The notes under the pieces are model-generated. The model was not told where the DNA came from, searched no databases, and saw only the letters and a list, made by a program, of their open reading frames with translations. This document shows, piece after piece, positions 12,691 to 26,974 of a DNA stretch of 64,000 nt. Position 1 is the first letter of the stretch. Each line of letters opens with the position of its first letter. Origin of the DNA: Octopus vulgaris (taxonomy: Eukaryota); assembly GCA_951406725.2 (NCBI GenBank), contig OX597818.1:130138001-130202000 (forward strand), written 5' to 3'. A program made the translations under genes and the position numbers.

Positions 12691-13392
12691 GAATTATGTG
12701 TGCATGTTCACACATACATATAGAAAATGTACTGCTGAAATAGTTTTCCTGTATGTATACATATATGAACATTTACACACACACACACACACATGCACAT
12801 ACACACACACAAACACACATAGATGCACATATATATACTATATCTATCTATTTATATCTATAAATATATATGTGCATCTATACAAAACCCTTCCCATACA
12901 CACACATATATATATATGTTTACATACATGTCTATCAGTATAGATCTATGCGTTCATATATACATTGCCTTTGTGCATGCATGTGTTTGTGCTTAGTCAT
13001 GTATTTTATAGTAAACATGCATGACCGCACACATATATGAATGAATATACCCGCAAATATAAGTGAATTATGTGCATAAAAATTACATTTCTGTAGTTCA
13101 GCCAAGCATTCGAGAAAGAAAAAATAACTTATATATATATGTATGTATTAGAACGCCAAGCATATAAGTATGTGTGAGTGTATGTGTGTGTGTGTGTGAG
13201 AGAGAGGGGGGAGGGTGTTATAGTGACAAAGTGAAGGCAGAGATTCAGGGTAATAATATGCATACAGCTTCAACTTCTTTAATATATATATATATATTTA
13301 CTGTGTGTGTACACACACACACTCATACCTGTATATATGCATATGCATATATATGTATATATATATATACATATATATACATATATATATAC

Positions 13393-13441
<49 letters not shown>

Positions 13442-13470
13442 TAAGCATATATATATACACATATATAAGC

Positions 13471-13502
<32 letters not shown>

Positions 13503-13819
13503 CTATACAGATATGATGTATATAAAATATATGCATCTATGTATGGAATAAATATTCATGTATATGCATATATATATATATATATATATGCAAATATATA
13601 TATATAAATTTCTATCTATATATGTATGTGCATGTGTGTATAAATTTCTATCTATCCGTCTGTGTGTGTGTGTTTTTATATATATATATGTATATATAAA
13701 CACACACACATACATGTTGATTAATAGACAGATGGATGGATAGGAATGGACTTCTATAGATGGATCCTTCTGATTACTTATTAGTTTAGTGTACAGAGGC
13801 TTGTTTGCCTATTTCGAGC

Positions 13820-13877
<58 letters not shown>

Positions 13878-14842
13878 TGTAGATAATATGCATTAATAAT
13901 TTTTCATGCAGAAATCTGTTATTTTGTACAAAAAAATTAGTTGCTGCGAGCTAGTGCAATGTAATGCTTGCCAAATTTAGTGATAAATAAATAAACAAAA
14001 AGAAGCAATTATAGGAAATCTTATTTTACTCAACAGAGTAATAAAATCAAATCAAAGAAAAATCTAAGAAAAGTTATATTTATAAGAAATTTGCCATATT
14101 AGCAGACTAAGAAAATCTAAAAAGTAAAAGTGTTATTTAAGCAAAGGAAACCTATTTTTCTTTCTTTTTTTTTTTAATATGTATAAGGGTGACGTGTAAT
14201 GAATTTTCCATTGAGATACCAGTGAAGGAGTAACTATTGTCTATTTTTGATTCCTAGTTTGGGCTACGGGATAGTCGAACTATTTGACTCATCGTGCTTG
14301 GAGTGCTTTTATCATATTCCAATGGGTTTTGAAATATGTTTCTCTGACTTTATGAGGCTTAGATGTAATTGGCAGGAATATGATGCAAGAAAATTCCAGT
14401 AAGCAGTGTGATATCACTAATTCCTGTCTTCTAAGTTGTCACTGCTTTCTGCTATATAGCTTATGCATGTGAAAAACTGTACATTTGTGTTGCATCTTCG
14501 CTTCACTCTTTTGCTAAAAATAAAAATCAAAGTTGTCATGTGTGATATATATATAATATTAGGGAATATGATTCCAAACTTACATATATATATATATATA
14601 TATATAACTCAATCTAAAATCATTCATGATTTGATATTCTTCACTTACTGTAGGGAGCTTGTCTCCTTTGTCAGTCAATAGATAAGTGCTTTCCCATGGC
14701 TAAGAGTTGTTTTGACTCTTGTTTCTAGCAGTGCTGGTGCTGATTTGTATCCATAATCACTTTAGTGACAATTGCACCTTTGCCTTTTTGTTTTTAAATT
14801 GCAGAAAGCCACCTTCAAAATTTATATATTTGTGCGTGTGCA

Positions 14843-15038
14843 TGGCTGTTGCCAGTACTGCCGGTGGCACGTAAAAGCACCCACTACACTCTCAGAGTAG
14901 TTGGCATTAGGAAGGGCACCCAGCTGAAGAAACTCTGCCAGATCAGATTGGAGCCTGGTGCAGCCATCTGGTTTGCCAATCTTTAGTCAAATCGTCCAAC
15001 CCATGCTAGCATGGAAAGCGGACATTAAACAATGATGA

Positions 15039-15043
<5 letters not shown>
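14843..15043 (+). mobile_element. Family B retroelement 3' end
   Basis: ggcacgtaaaagcacccactacactctc...aacccatgctagcatggaaagcggacattaaac followed by a (gat)n tail. Confidence 0.85.
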
Positions 15044-15080
<37 letters not shown>

Positions 15081-15889
15081 TTGTTAACACATATCTGGAT
15101 AGATGGAGTATAGTGAAGGAGTTTGCTTCAGGTGCAAACCTTCTTTATGACATCTTTGGTAGGTGTTTCTTACCATAATCTTGAATTGACCCAGACTTTT
15201 GAGTGAAGCTGTGTAGACACAAACTATGTGCAAATCCAATAGATAAATTTGACAATAATTTAAAGGTCTGTCCTTGTTACTCTGTATCATACTAATTCTG
15301 TTAAAGGGACATATGTCAGTAGAATATTTAGCCTTTGGAATTGTAATACAATGAATAGATAGTTCAATTAAATACTCACTGTCAAAGGCAACAGTAATCC
15401 CTTTAAACGGATGAGCACAATATAGTTAAATGGCTGAAGTAAAAACACTTCTAATCCCTAGATCAAACTCCTCATTTGTACATTATGTCCATACACTTAA
15501 ATTTCTGTGGGTCCTATTATCATCTTTTATCATAATTTTTCTTTGTTTTACCATGATACAGCAAATCAGTTAGGTTTGCAATACAGCATTTCCCCATTTA
15601 TCTCCTGCCTGTGCAATCTAGTCTGTGTAACTAAATGTTTTCAGACCTAATCTAATCACTTAACCCAAACAAAACCCTTTAAGTTCTACTTCTACCAATA
15701 TTGCCTATGATATACATCATCCAATTACATATCCTTATAAATAATGTTGTCTTTCTAGCGTACACTGGCAGGAGTCTGTACTATCTAGTTACCTTAATAT
15801 CTTGTCTTCTAAAACAATTTCATTCACATCTAGGATACCTTAGAGGAATATTAAGTGTACCCCAGTACTTGACTAGTACACTGCATTAT

Positions 15890-16217
15890 GAGAGCTCAAA
15901 ATCTCTTGTGGAAGCGCCATCCAACCAAAATGCAAATATATGGGAAACTACCACCTGTGTCATCTCTTGTGAAAGGTAGGAGAGTCCTGTTTGCTGGACA
16001 TTGTTGTAGAGCTGAAAAAGAGATAATTTCTACTCTTCTCCTCTGGAAGCCATCTACTTGCAGTACCAGAGGACGCACACTCTCCTACCCGGATGTAATC
16101 TCCAGGGATACAGGCATCCAGCAACAGAACCTCCGTAATGCCATGATGGACCATGAAGTCTGGCGTAGCATAGTAAATTCAATTGTCTCGACCACGGTCG
16201 AACAATGATGATGATGA
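15890..16217 (+). mobile_element. 5'-truncated RTE-clade LINE (ORF C-terminus plus (TGA)n tail)
   Basis: Open ORF MRAQNLLWKRHPT...RRVLFAGHCCRAEKEIISTLLLWKP...GRTLSYPDVISRDTG...MMDHEVWRSIV. TSD tgcattat at 15882-15889 and 16218-16225. Confidence 0.85.
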
Positions 16218-16269
16218 TGCATTATAAACTTCAGAATTTATGAAAATCAAAGTTGATCTCGGCAAGATT

Positions 16270-16849
16270 TATGCTGTATGCAGATACCACAGTGGAGAGC
16301 AAGGCACGTTTAGGCAGGCTATCCACAAGCCAACATGAGAAGCTGGTTAAGAAGGTTTGGTGAATAATCATGGAAGGCCATCCTGTAACAATCTGGGATA
16401 TTGCTCACAATGTGAGAATAAGTACAAGACCAGAAGATTCTATTTTAACAGAGGATTTGTTCATGTAGAGAGTGTTGGCAAAACTTGTCACTAAGGGGCT
16501 GGCAAAGCAGCAGAAGTAACTAGTATGTCCTGCTGCCCAGGACATACTAGACTGTGCAAACTCTGACCCAGGCTTCCTGAAAACCATCATCACTGGGGAT
16601 AAGACATGAGTTTATGGTCCCTGCTCAATGTGTTTGGTCATCTTGCATGAAAGCAAAAATCCAAAGGGTGTGTACTGCACGTCTGTACTCTAGGCATAGC
16701 AGTTGGGAAATAACCGGGCCTAACAGTGTGAAAATTTTCACACATGCACAGAAATCATTGCTTGACCTCCCACCCAAAGGATTTTGCCCACGTGTCATTA
16801 GTTTTGGTGGGAAAAAATAAAGTTGGATACTTTTTGAATGTACTTCATA
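16270..16849 (+). mobile_element. mariner transposon relic, internally deleted
   Basis: Translates ILTEDLFM*RVLAKLV...DPGFLKTIITGDKT*VYG (first catalytic D motif, TGDETW-like). Ends in TIR-like ggatactttttgaatgtacttcata. Confidence 0.8.
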
Positions 16850-18559
16850 ATTAAGACTTTTAATGCAATATATGTTCATATTTATTATTGTGTTAGTGTA
16901 TATACAAAACTATGAATTACGTTTATCATGTTATGTAATGATATGCAACTCTTTGACACAAACCAGGTTAGTTTTATTACCAAGACCATAAGTTCTCAAG
17001 GCATCTGAATTCTGTTTCCAGCTTCTGTAGTGTGATGCCACAAAATCCAGCACTACATCTGGCAACAATTTGGCAGCAGGGCAGGCAGAACAAAAGGTCA
17101 TTTCCTAAATCACTATGTAATGCTTGTACAAAGGTAAATATTTAGTGACTATTATTTCACATACAGGTGAAATAAATAGAATCCTTGCATCATAATCTGC
17201 TTGACTATTCATAATGATATGTAAATGAGCTTCATTAAATTCAAGGAAAAGGGAGGTAAATGATACATTAATGCCTTTTCTAGATACATTAATGATAGAG
17301 CTAAGCTATCCCTTTACTAAATCACAAGTGTGCATAGATCTATTCCTTATCTCTTATTTCCATAAAATTAAGCAGGGAGAGCAAATCTCTCCTGAGATAG
17401 GATGCTGGTCTATCACAAATACATATACAAGAAACAACTAGACTTCCGTATCAAAACTTAGTCACAGACATGGAACACTTCTACTGCACTACCTCTACAA
17501 CAGCACACCAGACATAAACTTGTAACTTTTAAAACAGAAGGTTGATGATTTGCTCCCTTGTTGCAGAAATACACATATACTTCATACAATTCTAAGAAGA
17601 TAAGAGCCTATAGTAAAGACAGAGCAGTGTTATGATAGACAGAATTTATCTTCACTTATTTATAAGAAAGCCAAGACATGGTTCTGTCTTGATAGTTAAA
17701 TACTATTATACTAATCCTGACACTTTAATAGTAGATTGCAATGAGTGATTAAGACATTGTTGCGATATAATGATTAACATTTGCAAAATTTGACTGCAAA
17801 TTGACTAGAAGTAAAAATGTGACAGCCTACTTACTGAACAATGCAAATTTTCAAATGGATGTAATGACTAGGAGTAAATTTTAATTTGATATAACATTTA
17901 AGAATAAATTCCAACTCAACACAGTGATTATGGAAGACATTTGGATAGGATACAATCATTATGAGTTTGTTTTGACAACATGGCAAATAAATAGGAATTT
18001 TAGTCACCACACAGCACAGATTTAAATGTTGATTGAAAAATACCGACATATTAGCAATCTTGACATAATCATTGTCATCGTTATGATTATGACCAATTTA
18101 ATGTGTTTCCACCTACTGAAACAATTTGGAGGAAAATATGATTTGAAACAATACCAGTTTTTAAATTCAGCCGGTGGTTCATGTCATCCCATAATAATGC
18201 TTAATACTTGATAATACCATGTCGACTAAATTACTCTCACAACATTCTTGTAAATATGGTCAATATCATCAGACATTTTTTACTCTAATTGCTTTTTCTA
18301 GCTGGATTTATTTATTTATTTTACAAAACTGTCCTTCACTTTTCCTCATTCTAAGTTATTTTTCCATAATTGATTTAAGGTCTGAACTATTTTGTTCCAA
18401 AGTCATTTCTGCACAACATTTTCTTTCAATAGAAAAGAACTATTTTCTCGTGGTTTCTTGTTTGGACTTGTTTGTTTTTTTTTGATAAATTATTCTTACA
18501 TAATTCTTTGTTGAAGTATTTCTATAACAAGTTTTGCTCCGTATCATTTATATTTTACA

Positions 18560-19168
18560 AGTTTCAGTCATTGGGCTGTGGCTATGATGAGGCATTGCAT
18601 TCAAGGGTTTTAGAGCAAAATAAATTGACCCCAGCACTTAGGTATTTTTCAAGTCTAGTACTTGTTCTACTGTCTCTTTTGCTGAACCACTAAGTTACAG
18701 GGACATAAACAAACCAACAATGGTTGCCAACCAATGGGGAAGAGGGATGGCAAACACAAAGATGTATGCTCACGCACATATGATGGGCTTCCACACAGTT
18801 TCCATATGCCAAATTCACTCATTGGGCTGTGGCTATGATGGGGCATTGCATTCAAGGATTTTAGAGTAAAATAAATTGACCCCGGCACTTAGGTATTTTT
18901 CAAGTCTAGTACTTGTTCTACTGTCTCTTTTGCTGAACCACCAAGTTACAGGGACATAAACAAACCAACAACGGTTGCCAACCAATGGGGAAGAGGGATG
19001 GCAAACACAAAGATGTATGCTCACACACATATGATGGGCTTCCACACAGTTTCCATATGTCAAATTCATTCATAAGGCACTGATCAGCCAAGGTACCATA
19101 CAGTGGGACTGAACATGAAACCATGTGGTTGAAAAAGTGAGTTTCTTAACCACGAAGCCATGTCTGTG
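18560..19168 (-). mobile_element. Old family A SINE with an internal 251-bp tandem duplication
   Basis: 18568-18818 is repeated at 18819-19069. Confidence 0.85.
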
Positions 19169-19934
19169 CAAAAGTTTTTCTATTTTTCATCATCATCTAC
19201 TCATTCTTTTGCTTAATCCTCCCTATAATCTCATTAATTTCAAGACATCTTTGCCATCATCTGACTGAAAATGTAGGTAAAGTTATTAAAAGGATGACTG
19301 ATTACTTATTAGAAACAAGAAAGGGACACCTTTTAATGGGTGAAATCTGTTCCCCTTGTTTGTTTTATTTTTCATCTGAAGGGCATTAAAGTGAGATTAA
19401 GGCATGGAAAATATACCAGATTCATTATTTGTCTGTTGTTTTTTTCATGTGTGAAATGTTAGTAATAAAACAGTCAACTTTTTTTTTCAGCAGTGCACAT
19501 TATCAGTAATCAAAGATACACCATCTAGAGGTGACTGTTTCAGCCAGAAGAATCAAAATTTGCTCGGGGTTAAAATGATTGAAGTTCAGAATCAATTACC
19601 TTTAACTTAAATTTCAAAGCTATTGTCTTTTACATCACTAGTTAAACTATCAATAGCACAAGGAAGAGGGGGAGTCATTTTATTCTAGTTAAATTTAAAT
19701 CAATCTCTGATACAGTGAATGAAAGAATGGAGACAACACAAAATACAAAGAAATTTTGTTTTACTTGCTTAGAGCAATAAAATCTTTCAAGTTTCAGTGT
19801 CACAATAAACAACACCCAATACACTCTGTAAAATGGTTTGAGAGAGGCAAGAGATCCAGCTATGGAAACCATGTTAAAAATGGAACATACAAGCAAGATA
19901 TGATTTCAAACCATTCTGGAAGACAGTAACTCTA

Positions 19935-20104
19935 GGCCAAGGAGTGGCTGTGTGGTAAGTAGCTTGCTAACCAACCACATGGTTCTGGGTTCAGTCCCAC
20001 TGCGTGGCATCTTGGGCAAGTGTCTTCTGCTATAGCCCCGGGCCGACCAATGCCTTGTGAGTGGATTTGGTAGATGGAAACTGAAAGAAGCCTGTCGTAT
20101 ATGT

Positions 20105-20164
<60 letters not shown>

Positions 20165-20359
20165 TTGTCCCCCCTAGCATTGCTTGACAACCGATGCTGG
20201 TGTGTTTACGTCCCCGTCACTTAGCAGTTCGGCAAAAGAGACCGATAGAATAAGTACTGGGCTTACAAAGAATAAGTCCCGGGGTCGATTTGCTCGACTA
20301 AAGGCGGTGCTCCAGCATGGCCGCAGTCAAATGACTGAAACAAATAAAAGAGTAAAGGG
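19935..20359 (+). mobile_element. Young family A SINE, full length
   Basis: Complete head, body and tail. TSD agtaactct at 19925-19933 and 20360-20368. Confidence 0.95.
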
Positions 20360-21149
20360 AGTAACTCTGAATAAGAACTTTTTAAAATCATGATAACCCA
20401 TCTAATTGATGTCAATGGAGAAATATATATATGATGAAGTTCATGTTGAACTGGGTGTAGGACGTGGACATATAGTTAAAAAGTTTGCTTCACAATCATG
20501 TGAGTCTGGGTTTTGTTCTTTGGTACTGTCACTTGAGAAAATGTCTTCTACCAGTCTCAGATAAACCCAATTTTCTGTAAGTCAAATATGTTGGATGAAA
20601 ACTGTGCAAAAACTTGTCAGATGGCCTATTTTTTAAGTATAGATTTAATCTATTACCTGTTTTAACACCACCACCTCACCTTTGAATGCCTCTAGTGAAG
20701 TTCATTCTATTGCAAGCATTCAGACTAGGTACCTGATCTAAGGATATCAAAATTTCTTTCCATTTCCCCCACCAGTCTAAGAGGTCTTGCAAAATAATCC
20801 ATGTATGTTGTACTTGTTCCCAAGTGATAAAAATATAATAATATGTATTTTCTACTCAATAAAGATACTTGTTTGCAAAATATTTAAAAAAATCAACCTA
20901 TATAGAATAGCAATAGTAATGCTAAATTTCCAAAGCCAAAATTTAGAATTAACACATACACAAAACATCTGACTGAGAATAAATGGTAAATTAGGAAGTT
21001 TATACTTTTGTGAAAGATATTAAACTGATACAAAGTTTATCAGATCAAAAGGGTTAAACAACTGAGTCAAGTGTTCAAGTGTAAACTTAATAAAAATATT
21101 GATGTTTCATTATATTTGCTATATGGATAATAATAATGATAATAATAAT

Positions 21150-21582
21150 TCTTTTTAATTAAGACATAAGGCCAGCAATTCTAAAGAAGGAAGCAAGTCA
21201 ATAACATCAATCCTAGTGCTTGATGGGTATTTATTTTATTGATCCTGAAAGGATGAAAGGCCAAGTCGATCTTAGCAGGATTTGAATGCAGAATGTAATG
21301 AGTCTGAAGAAATACTACACAGTGTTCTTTCCAATGCTCAGACAATTCTGACAGCTCATCACTTTAAAAATCCTTTCTACTAAAAGCATAAATACCTGAC
21401 ATTTTGGGGTAGAGGCTAATTGATTATATCGACTTCAGTACATAACTTATTTCATTGACCCCCCAAAAGATTGAAAAGCAAAGTTGACGTTAGCAGAATT
21501 TGAACTTAGAACATTAAGACAGATGAACTGCCGCTAAGCATTTTAACCAGCACACTAATGATCCTGCCAGCTTCCCACCTTC
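21150..21582 (-). mobile_element. Two tandem old family C SINEs
   Basis: Each contains (reverse) ctttcatcctttc...gatcaataaa and a gagctg(g/t)cagaat-type head. Confidence 0.7.
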
Positions 21583-21811
21583 ACCTCTTTAATAATGATA
21601 ATGTAGTCTGGGACACACAGTATCTGAAAAGAAAAAGATGAGATGATCGTGGCTGGGATGTCTTTCATTGTGGGTCAACTAGAAATCAAAATGATAATTT
21701 TTCTACAAGACAATGGTTGCTGCTATTAAGCTTACTATACAGAATAAATCACAAACATAATTTGGGGATCAAATGCTTGATTGACACCCAGACGTGTTTT
21801 TGTTAATGTTT

Positions 21812-22027
21812 TGTTTAAACTGGCCATATCCAGCCAAAATATTCTACCTATTTTATGTTCAAACTAGTCAGATATGGTCATTCATAGCTACCTTATTGTG
21901 TCATTTTAAAAATAAACAATCACATCATTGAAATCTCAAAGCCATGAAATGATGCAAGATTAATTTTACATAGTGTGAATATATAAGCTTTACAGTTGAC
22001 AGAATAATCTGAATGCTAAAGGGTTAA
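21812..22027. mobile_element. piggyBac-like MITE remnant (second family), left end lost
   Basis: Ends gaatgctaaagggTTAA, the same ccctt/aaggg plus TTAA terminus type. Confidence 0.55.
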
Positions 22028-23299
22028 ATAACTAGTGTGAGAGCTGCTATGAGGACATTCAAATTATGAGAAATATCAGCCAAATCTCTTTCAAACTACA
22101 TCTCATCACCTTAAAATAGGACACAATGGATAGTGTAATGTTGGGGTACACAATGTCTGGAAATCATAAGATGAGATGGTCATAGCAAAATCATCAAGCC
22201 CAACAGTTCATTACCTTAATTATAGAATCATTTTTTATACTTTATAATAATTATTTAATAGATATGACAGAAGTGAAAGTGAATTCATGCTGTTGTTGTT
22301 GTTATTGATAGTGTTTTATTTACCTCGAATCTATCTGAATTAAGTAGATTAGGATCAAAAGTATTCCAATGATGAATGTCCCACCGTATTTTAATGCAAA
22401 ACCCATCTAGAATGACATTGTCCAATGTGTTCCACTTTTTTAAGATGATGTACTATCATCTGAGAGAGATTTGACTGCAATATTTTGTAAGCTGAGTGGC
22501 CTCATAAAGATTAGCTCATAGTAGATCTATGTTGCTACAACTTGTATGACAGCCCAGCTAGACTAAAAAAAATTAACTGAGCTCAACCCTGTGAGCAAAT
22601 GAAACACGTGTCAAGTTCAAGAGCTTTTTCAAGATCATTGTTTACTGCAGTAAGCCATTCCATACTGCAATACTTGCTTGAAGGAAAGAGAACTAAGCTG
22701 TTGGGAGTTAAGAGTCTTGACCTTGACATGGAAGAATTAAAGAGTTTTGGCCTTGAGTCAGTTGAAAGCACTAAGAGTCTTGAACCTTGGATCTGTTATG
22801 GCACAAGTGGAAGACTATAACTAGTGACCCCTAGATTTTCCTGTCAGACATTCTAACAACTAAGCTACCCACTGGTCTTAGTGATATAAAATGTATTTGT
22901 ATTTAAAATTAGCAGGCAGATGTATTATAATAGAGAAGAAACAATTTGTTGTGTTGCATAATCTCATGTCTTATTCCCCTTTTTATCCCTTTAATACTTC
23001 AATCCCTGATTAATATAAATAACTTGCAGTGAGCTTTACAGAGTCAACAAACCTGCTCCATTCTCCATTACTGATGGCAGTAAAGCTATTGCTAAGGTAT
23101 ATTTCCCCAAAATAATGAACCACTGAATAGGAATTGCATTAAGCTAGTCATTAGTATGCTTGATAGGGTTCGCAAATGAATCAGCAAAAAAAAAAAAAAA
23201 ATTAAAAAAAAAAGGGAAACGTAACAAGCAATTCTTGCAAACAGATTAGAACACATTTTGGGAGATGAGACTTACTATTACTTTTATTATTATTAATGC

Positions 23300-23485
23300 A
23301 ATTAGCCGGCAGCACCGTTTGCATGTTGGACCAAAATGCTTAGAGGCATTTCTGATTTTGTGTTCTGAGTTCATATTTCACCAAAGTTAACTTTGCCTTT
23401 CATCCTTTTGGGTTCAATAAAATAAAATATTAGTCAAGCACTGCAGTCAATATAATCAACTTGCCCCTCCTCTAAAATTACTCAC
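23300..23485 (+). mobile_element. Old family C SINE
   Basis: aaaatgcttag...ttctgagttca...ctttgcctttcatccttttggg. Confidence 0.7.
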
Positions 23486-23487
23486 CT

Positions 23488-23805
23488 TTAACGTCCGTTG
23501 TCCATGCTGGTATGACTTGGACGGTTTGACTGGGCTGGCATGTTGGAAGGCTGTACCAGACTCCAATCTGATTTGGCATGGTTTTCTATGGTCGGATGCC
23601 CTTCCTAATACCAACCATTCATAGAGTGTAATGGTTGTTTTTACATGCCACCAGCATGGGTGGCATTTGTGTGACACCAGGGTGCGTTTATGGATGCCAA
23701 TTTGCATGACACCGGTATCTGCCACAACTGTGATTTAGCTTGGCTTGATGGGTCTTCTTCTCAAGCACAACATAATGCCTAAGGTCTCAGTCATTCCCTC
23801 CACAA
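23488..23805 (-). mobile_element. Family B retroelement fragment
   Basis: Reverse of the ttaggaagggcatcc...ccagcatggacaacggacgttaa tail. Confidence 0.7.
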
Positions 23806-23809
23806 GGCA

Positions 23810-23846
<37 letters not shown>

Positions 23847-23854
23847 GTGTATAT

Positions 23855-24138
23855 GTGGAGGAGCAATGGCCTAGTGGTTAGGGCAGCAGACCCGCGGTCG
23901 CAGGATTGCGGTTTCGATTCCCAGACCGGGCGTTGTGAGTGTTTATTGAGCGAAAACACCTAAAAGCTCCACGAGGCTCCGGCAGGGGGTGGTGATCCCT
24001 GCTGTACTCTTCCACCACTCTTTCTCAAACTCTGTTGGCCTGCTCGCTTAGCCAGCGGGGTGGTGTCATTCGAAGGCTAAAACAATGCAAACGCATTGTG
24101 ACCAGCGATGTGTAACATGATCTGTCACGTGATCACGT

Positions 24139-24142
<4 letters not shown>
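23855..24142 (+). mobile_element. Family D tRNA-SINE, tail type 1
   Basis: A box tggcctagtgg, B box gtttcgattcc, body aaaacacctaaaagctccacgaggctccggcagg, tail gccagcggggtgg...cattgtgaccagcgatgtgta. Confidence 0.9.
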
Positions 24143-24171
<29 letters not shown>

Positions 24172-24435
24172 GTATATATATATGTATATATATATATGTA
24201 TATATAAAATGTATGTATAAACACATATACATACATACATACACACACACGTCTTTATTTTTATTCCACATATTTCTTTATGTCACATGAAACTAAATCT
24301 GGTGTGTGCAATTTTGGACGTAATTACTTTCCCACTTAGCTCTAACATAGGATTAGCAAGGCCAACCAGTCAAAGAAGAGGCAGAAAGAAATTGGCAATG
24401 AACACCTCTACTCCTTCCTGTACACACACCTATGA

Positions 24436-24494
24436 ACACACACACACACATACACACACACACACATACACACACACACACACATACACACACA

Positions 24495-24535
<41 letters not shown>

Positions 24536-24605
24536 ACACACACATACACACACACATACACACATACACACATACACACACACACACATACACACACACA
24601 CACAT
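24436..24605. repeat. (CA)n microsatellite
   Basis: Read directly. Confidence 0.95.
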
Positions 24606-24963
24606 AGTTTCAATGGTGCAGGGTGGGAGGAAGTAGTAAAGAGGAAACTGAGAATCTGAACAGAAAACAATCTCACTGAATCTCTTGTTAGATTTGTTGG
24701 TTGTTGATGTTGTTGTTTGTCATAGCTGTTTTGTTGCTAACATTAATATTATTTTCAACACTTGTTGTTGTTGTTGTTATTGCTATCCATTTCGATATTA
24801 CTATCATTGTTATCGTTATCATCATTATTACAATGACTATCATTATTATTATTTTTTTTCATCCTCAATATTATGACTTTAATTAGTATTATTACTATTA
24901 TCATTATCATCATCATTACCATCCATTATCATTATCCTCAACAACATCATACTTTTCTTTATG

Positions 24964-25044
<81 letters not shown>

Positions 25045-25046
<2 letters not shown>

Positions 25047-25192
25047 GTTCATCCCACTGCGTGGCACTTTGGGTAGGTGTCTTCCACTATAGCCCCGAGC
25101 CGACCGGAGCTTGTGATTGAATTCGGTAGGTGGAAGTTGCTGTTTGTGTGTGTATATGTGCGTGTAGGTGTGTGTGTGTTCTGTGTGTGTGA

Positions 25193-25290
<98 letters not shown>

Positions 25291-25352
25291 TATATATATT
25301 TATATATATATATATATATTATATATATATGTATTATGTATATGTATGTATA

Positions 25353-25430
<78 letters not shown>

Positions 25431-25552
25431 ATATATATGTTGCATGGTTTTGGGTTCAGTGCCACTGCGTGGCACTTTGGGTAGGTGTTTTCCACTATAA
25501 CCCCGAGCCGACCGGAGCTTTGTGATTGAATCGGTAGGTGGAAGTTACTGCC
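25045..25552 (+). repeat. Two related SINE-head fragments flanking a long (TA)n tract
   Basis: 25053-25140 and 25462-25550 share private variants (gcactttgggtagg, ccggagc, gtgattgaat). Confidence 0.8.
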
Positions 25553-26634
25553 GTGTGTGTATGTGTGCGTATAGCTGCTCAGTGCCTCTCCGAAAGAGAG
25601 AGAGGGATATATATATGTATAATGGGTTTTTTATCAGCATCATTAACATCATAAACACCATCATTTTTATTTTTCTACTTATCATTTTCAGACTTCAACA
25701 TTTCCTTCTACATTATTATTAGTACCATTATCTTCATTATCGTCATTGCCATTATCATTTTGTTTTATTTTGCTTCAAATTTATTTCTCCTTTGCTGTCT
25801 ATTTATCATACCATCTTTCTATGTATGTTTGCTTATTTCTTCACATATATATATTACTTGTATATCTTTATCTGTATGATAGCCATTGTCATCATAATCA
25901 TCGTCGTCATCATCATCATCAATTGTACAACGCATTAAGGTGGCCTATTGTCAAAGTTGCCATTGTTATTAGTTTCATGGGAAATGTTATCTTCTGAGTG
26001 ATAAACTATACTTGGAAATGTCATTTTCTGACTTATACATATATGTGTTTCGACTTAGATATGCATTTATCGAAGACATGCTGTTCCATTCCAATTAGGG
26101 AATAAATTACACCTCCTTCCTTTCTAAGTGATACTTCTATCATTCGTAACTGATATCATCCTTACTCATATATACATATAAATATATTTTTCGCACATGG
26201 TGTGTGTGTGTGTATGTATAGCTAAAGAGGTTCAAATATACAGATATCCACTTACAGATCTATTCATTCCTATAATAATAACATACAAAGGAAATCAAAT
26301 GAGTATCAAGTACTGTAAAACTGTTTGTATAAACACACTCATACACAAATACACACATATACAGCTGATATATATATACTTATATGTGCATATATATGCA
26401 TTTGTGTGTATGCGTATATGCATAAGCAACAAAGACTCTACATAACCCTTACCAGAATCAGAATCTTAGTGAAGGTCAATCATGCAGAATATGGGATAAT
26501 ATAGGCAACAAATCTACCATATCCTAAGAAACCAAGAACTTTCTAAACAAGTTTAACCTTAGCAGAACTAAAATTTTAATGAAAGACAACTTATAGCCAT
26601 GAGAACATGACATACAAAAGATTCTCTGTCAACA

Positions 26635-26665
<31 letters not shown>

Positions 26666-26974
26666 AAAAAAACAAGTACATCAAACATATACTTCCCATC
26701 ATCAGCTACCTATTGAATACCATTATGGTTTTGACACCTGGGAAGTACCATTCAGTCCAGCAGTGCCAACAGTGATGAAAATAACAGTGAAGCAGAGGCT
26801 GAACATTAGTGTAATACATCCATTATGACTACACATGCTTACTATTTTAAAATACAAATGCAAACATTGTCTCAAGCAGAATCATCATACACCTGTAGCT
26901 ACAAAGCATAGAAATTAAAAAATTAGATATAGAAAAAATATAGAATATGTAAATATTATTACATGTATTATCAT

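Noticed and set aside
15380-15433. 54-nt minus-strand candidate exon with good splice sites (PFNYIVLIRLKGLLLPLT)
   Set aside because: No similarity to Fuzzy or anything I recognise; such sites are expected by chance in 64 kb.
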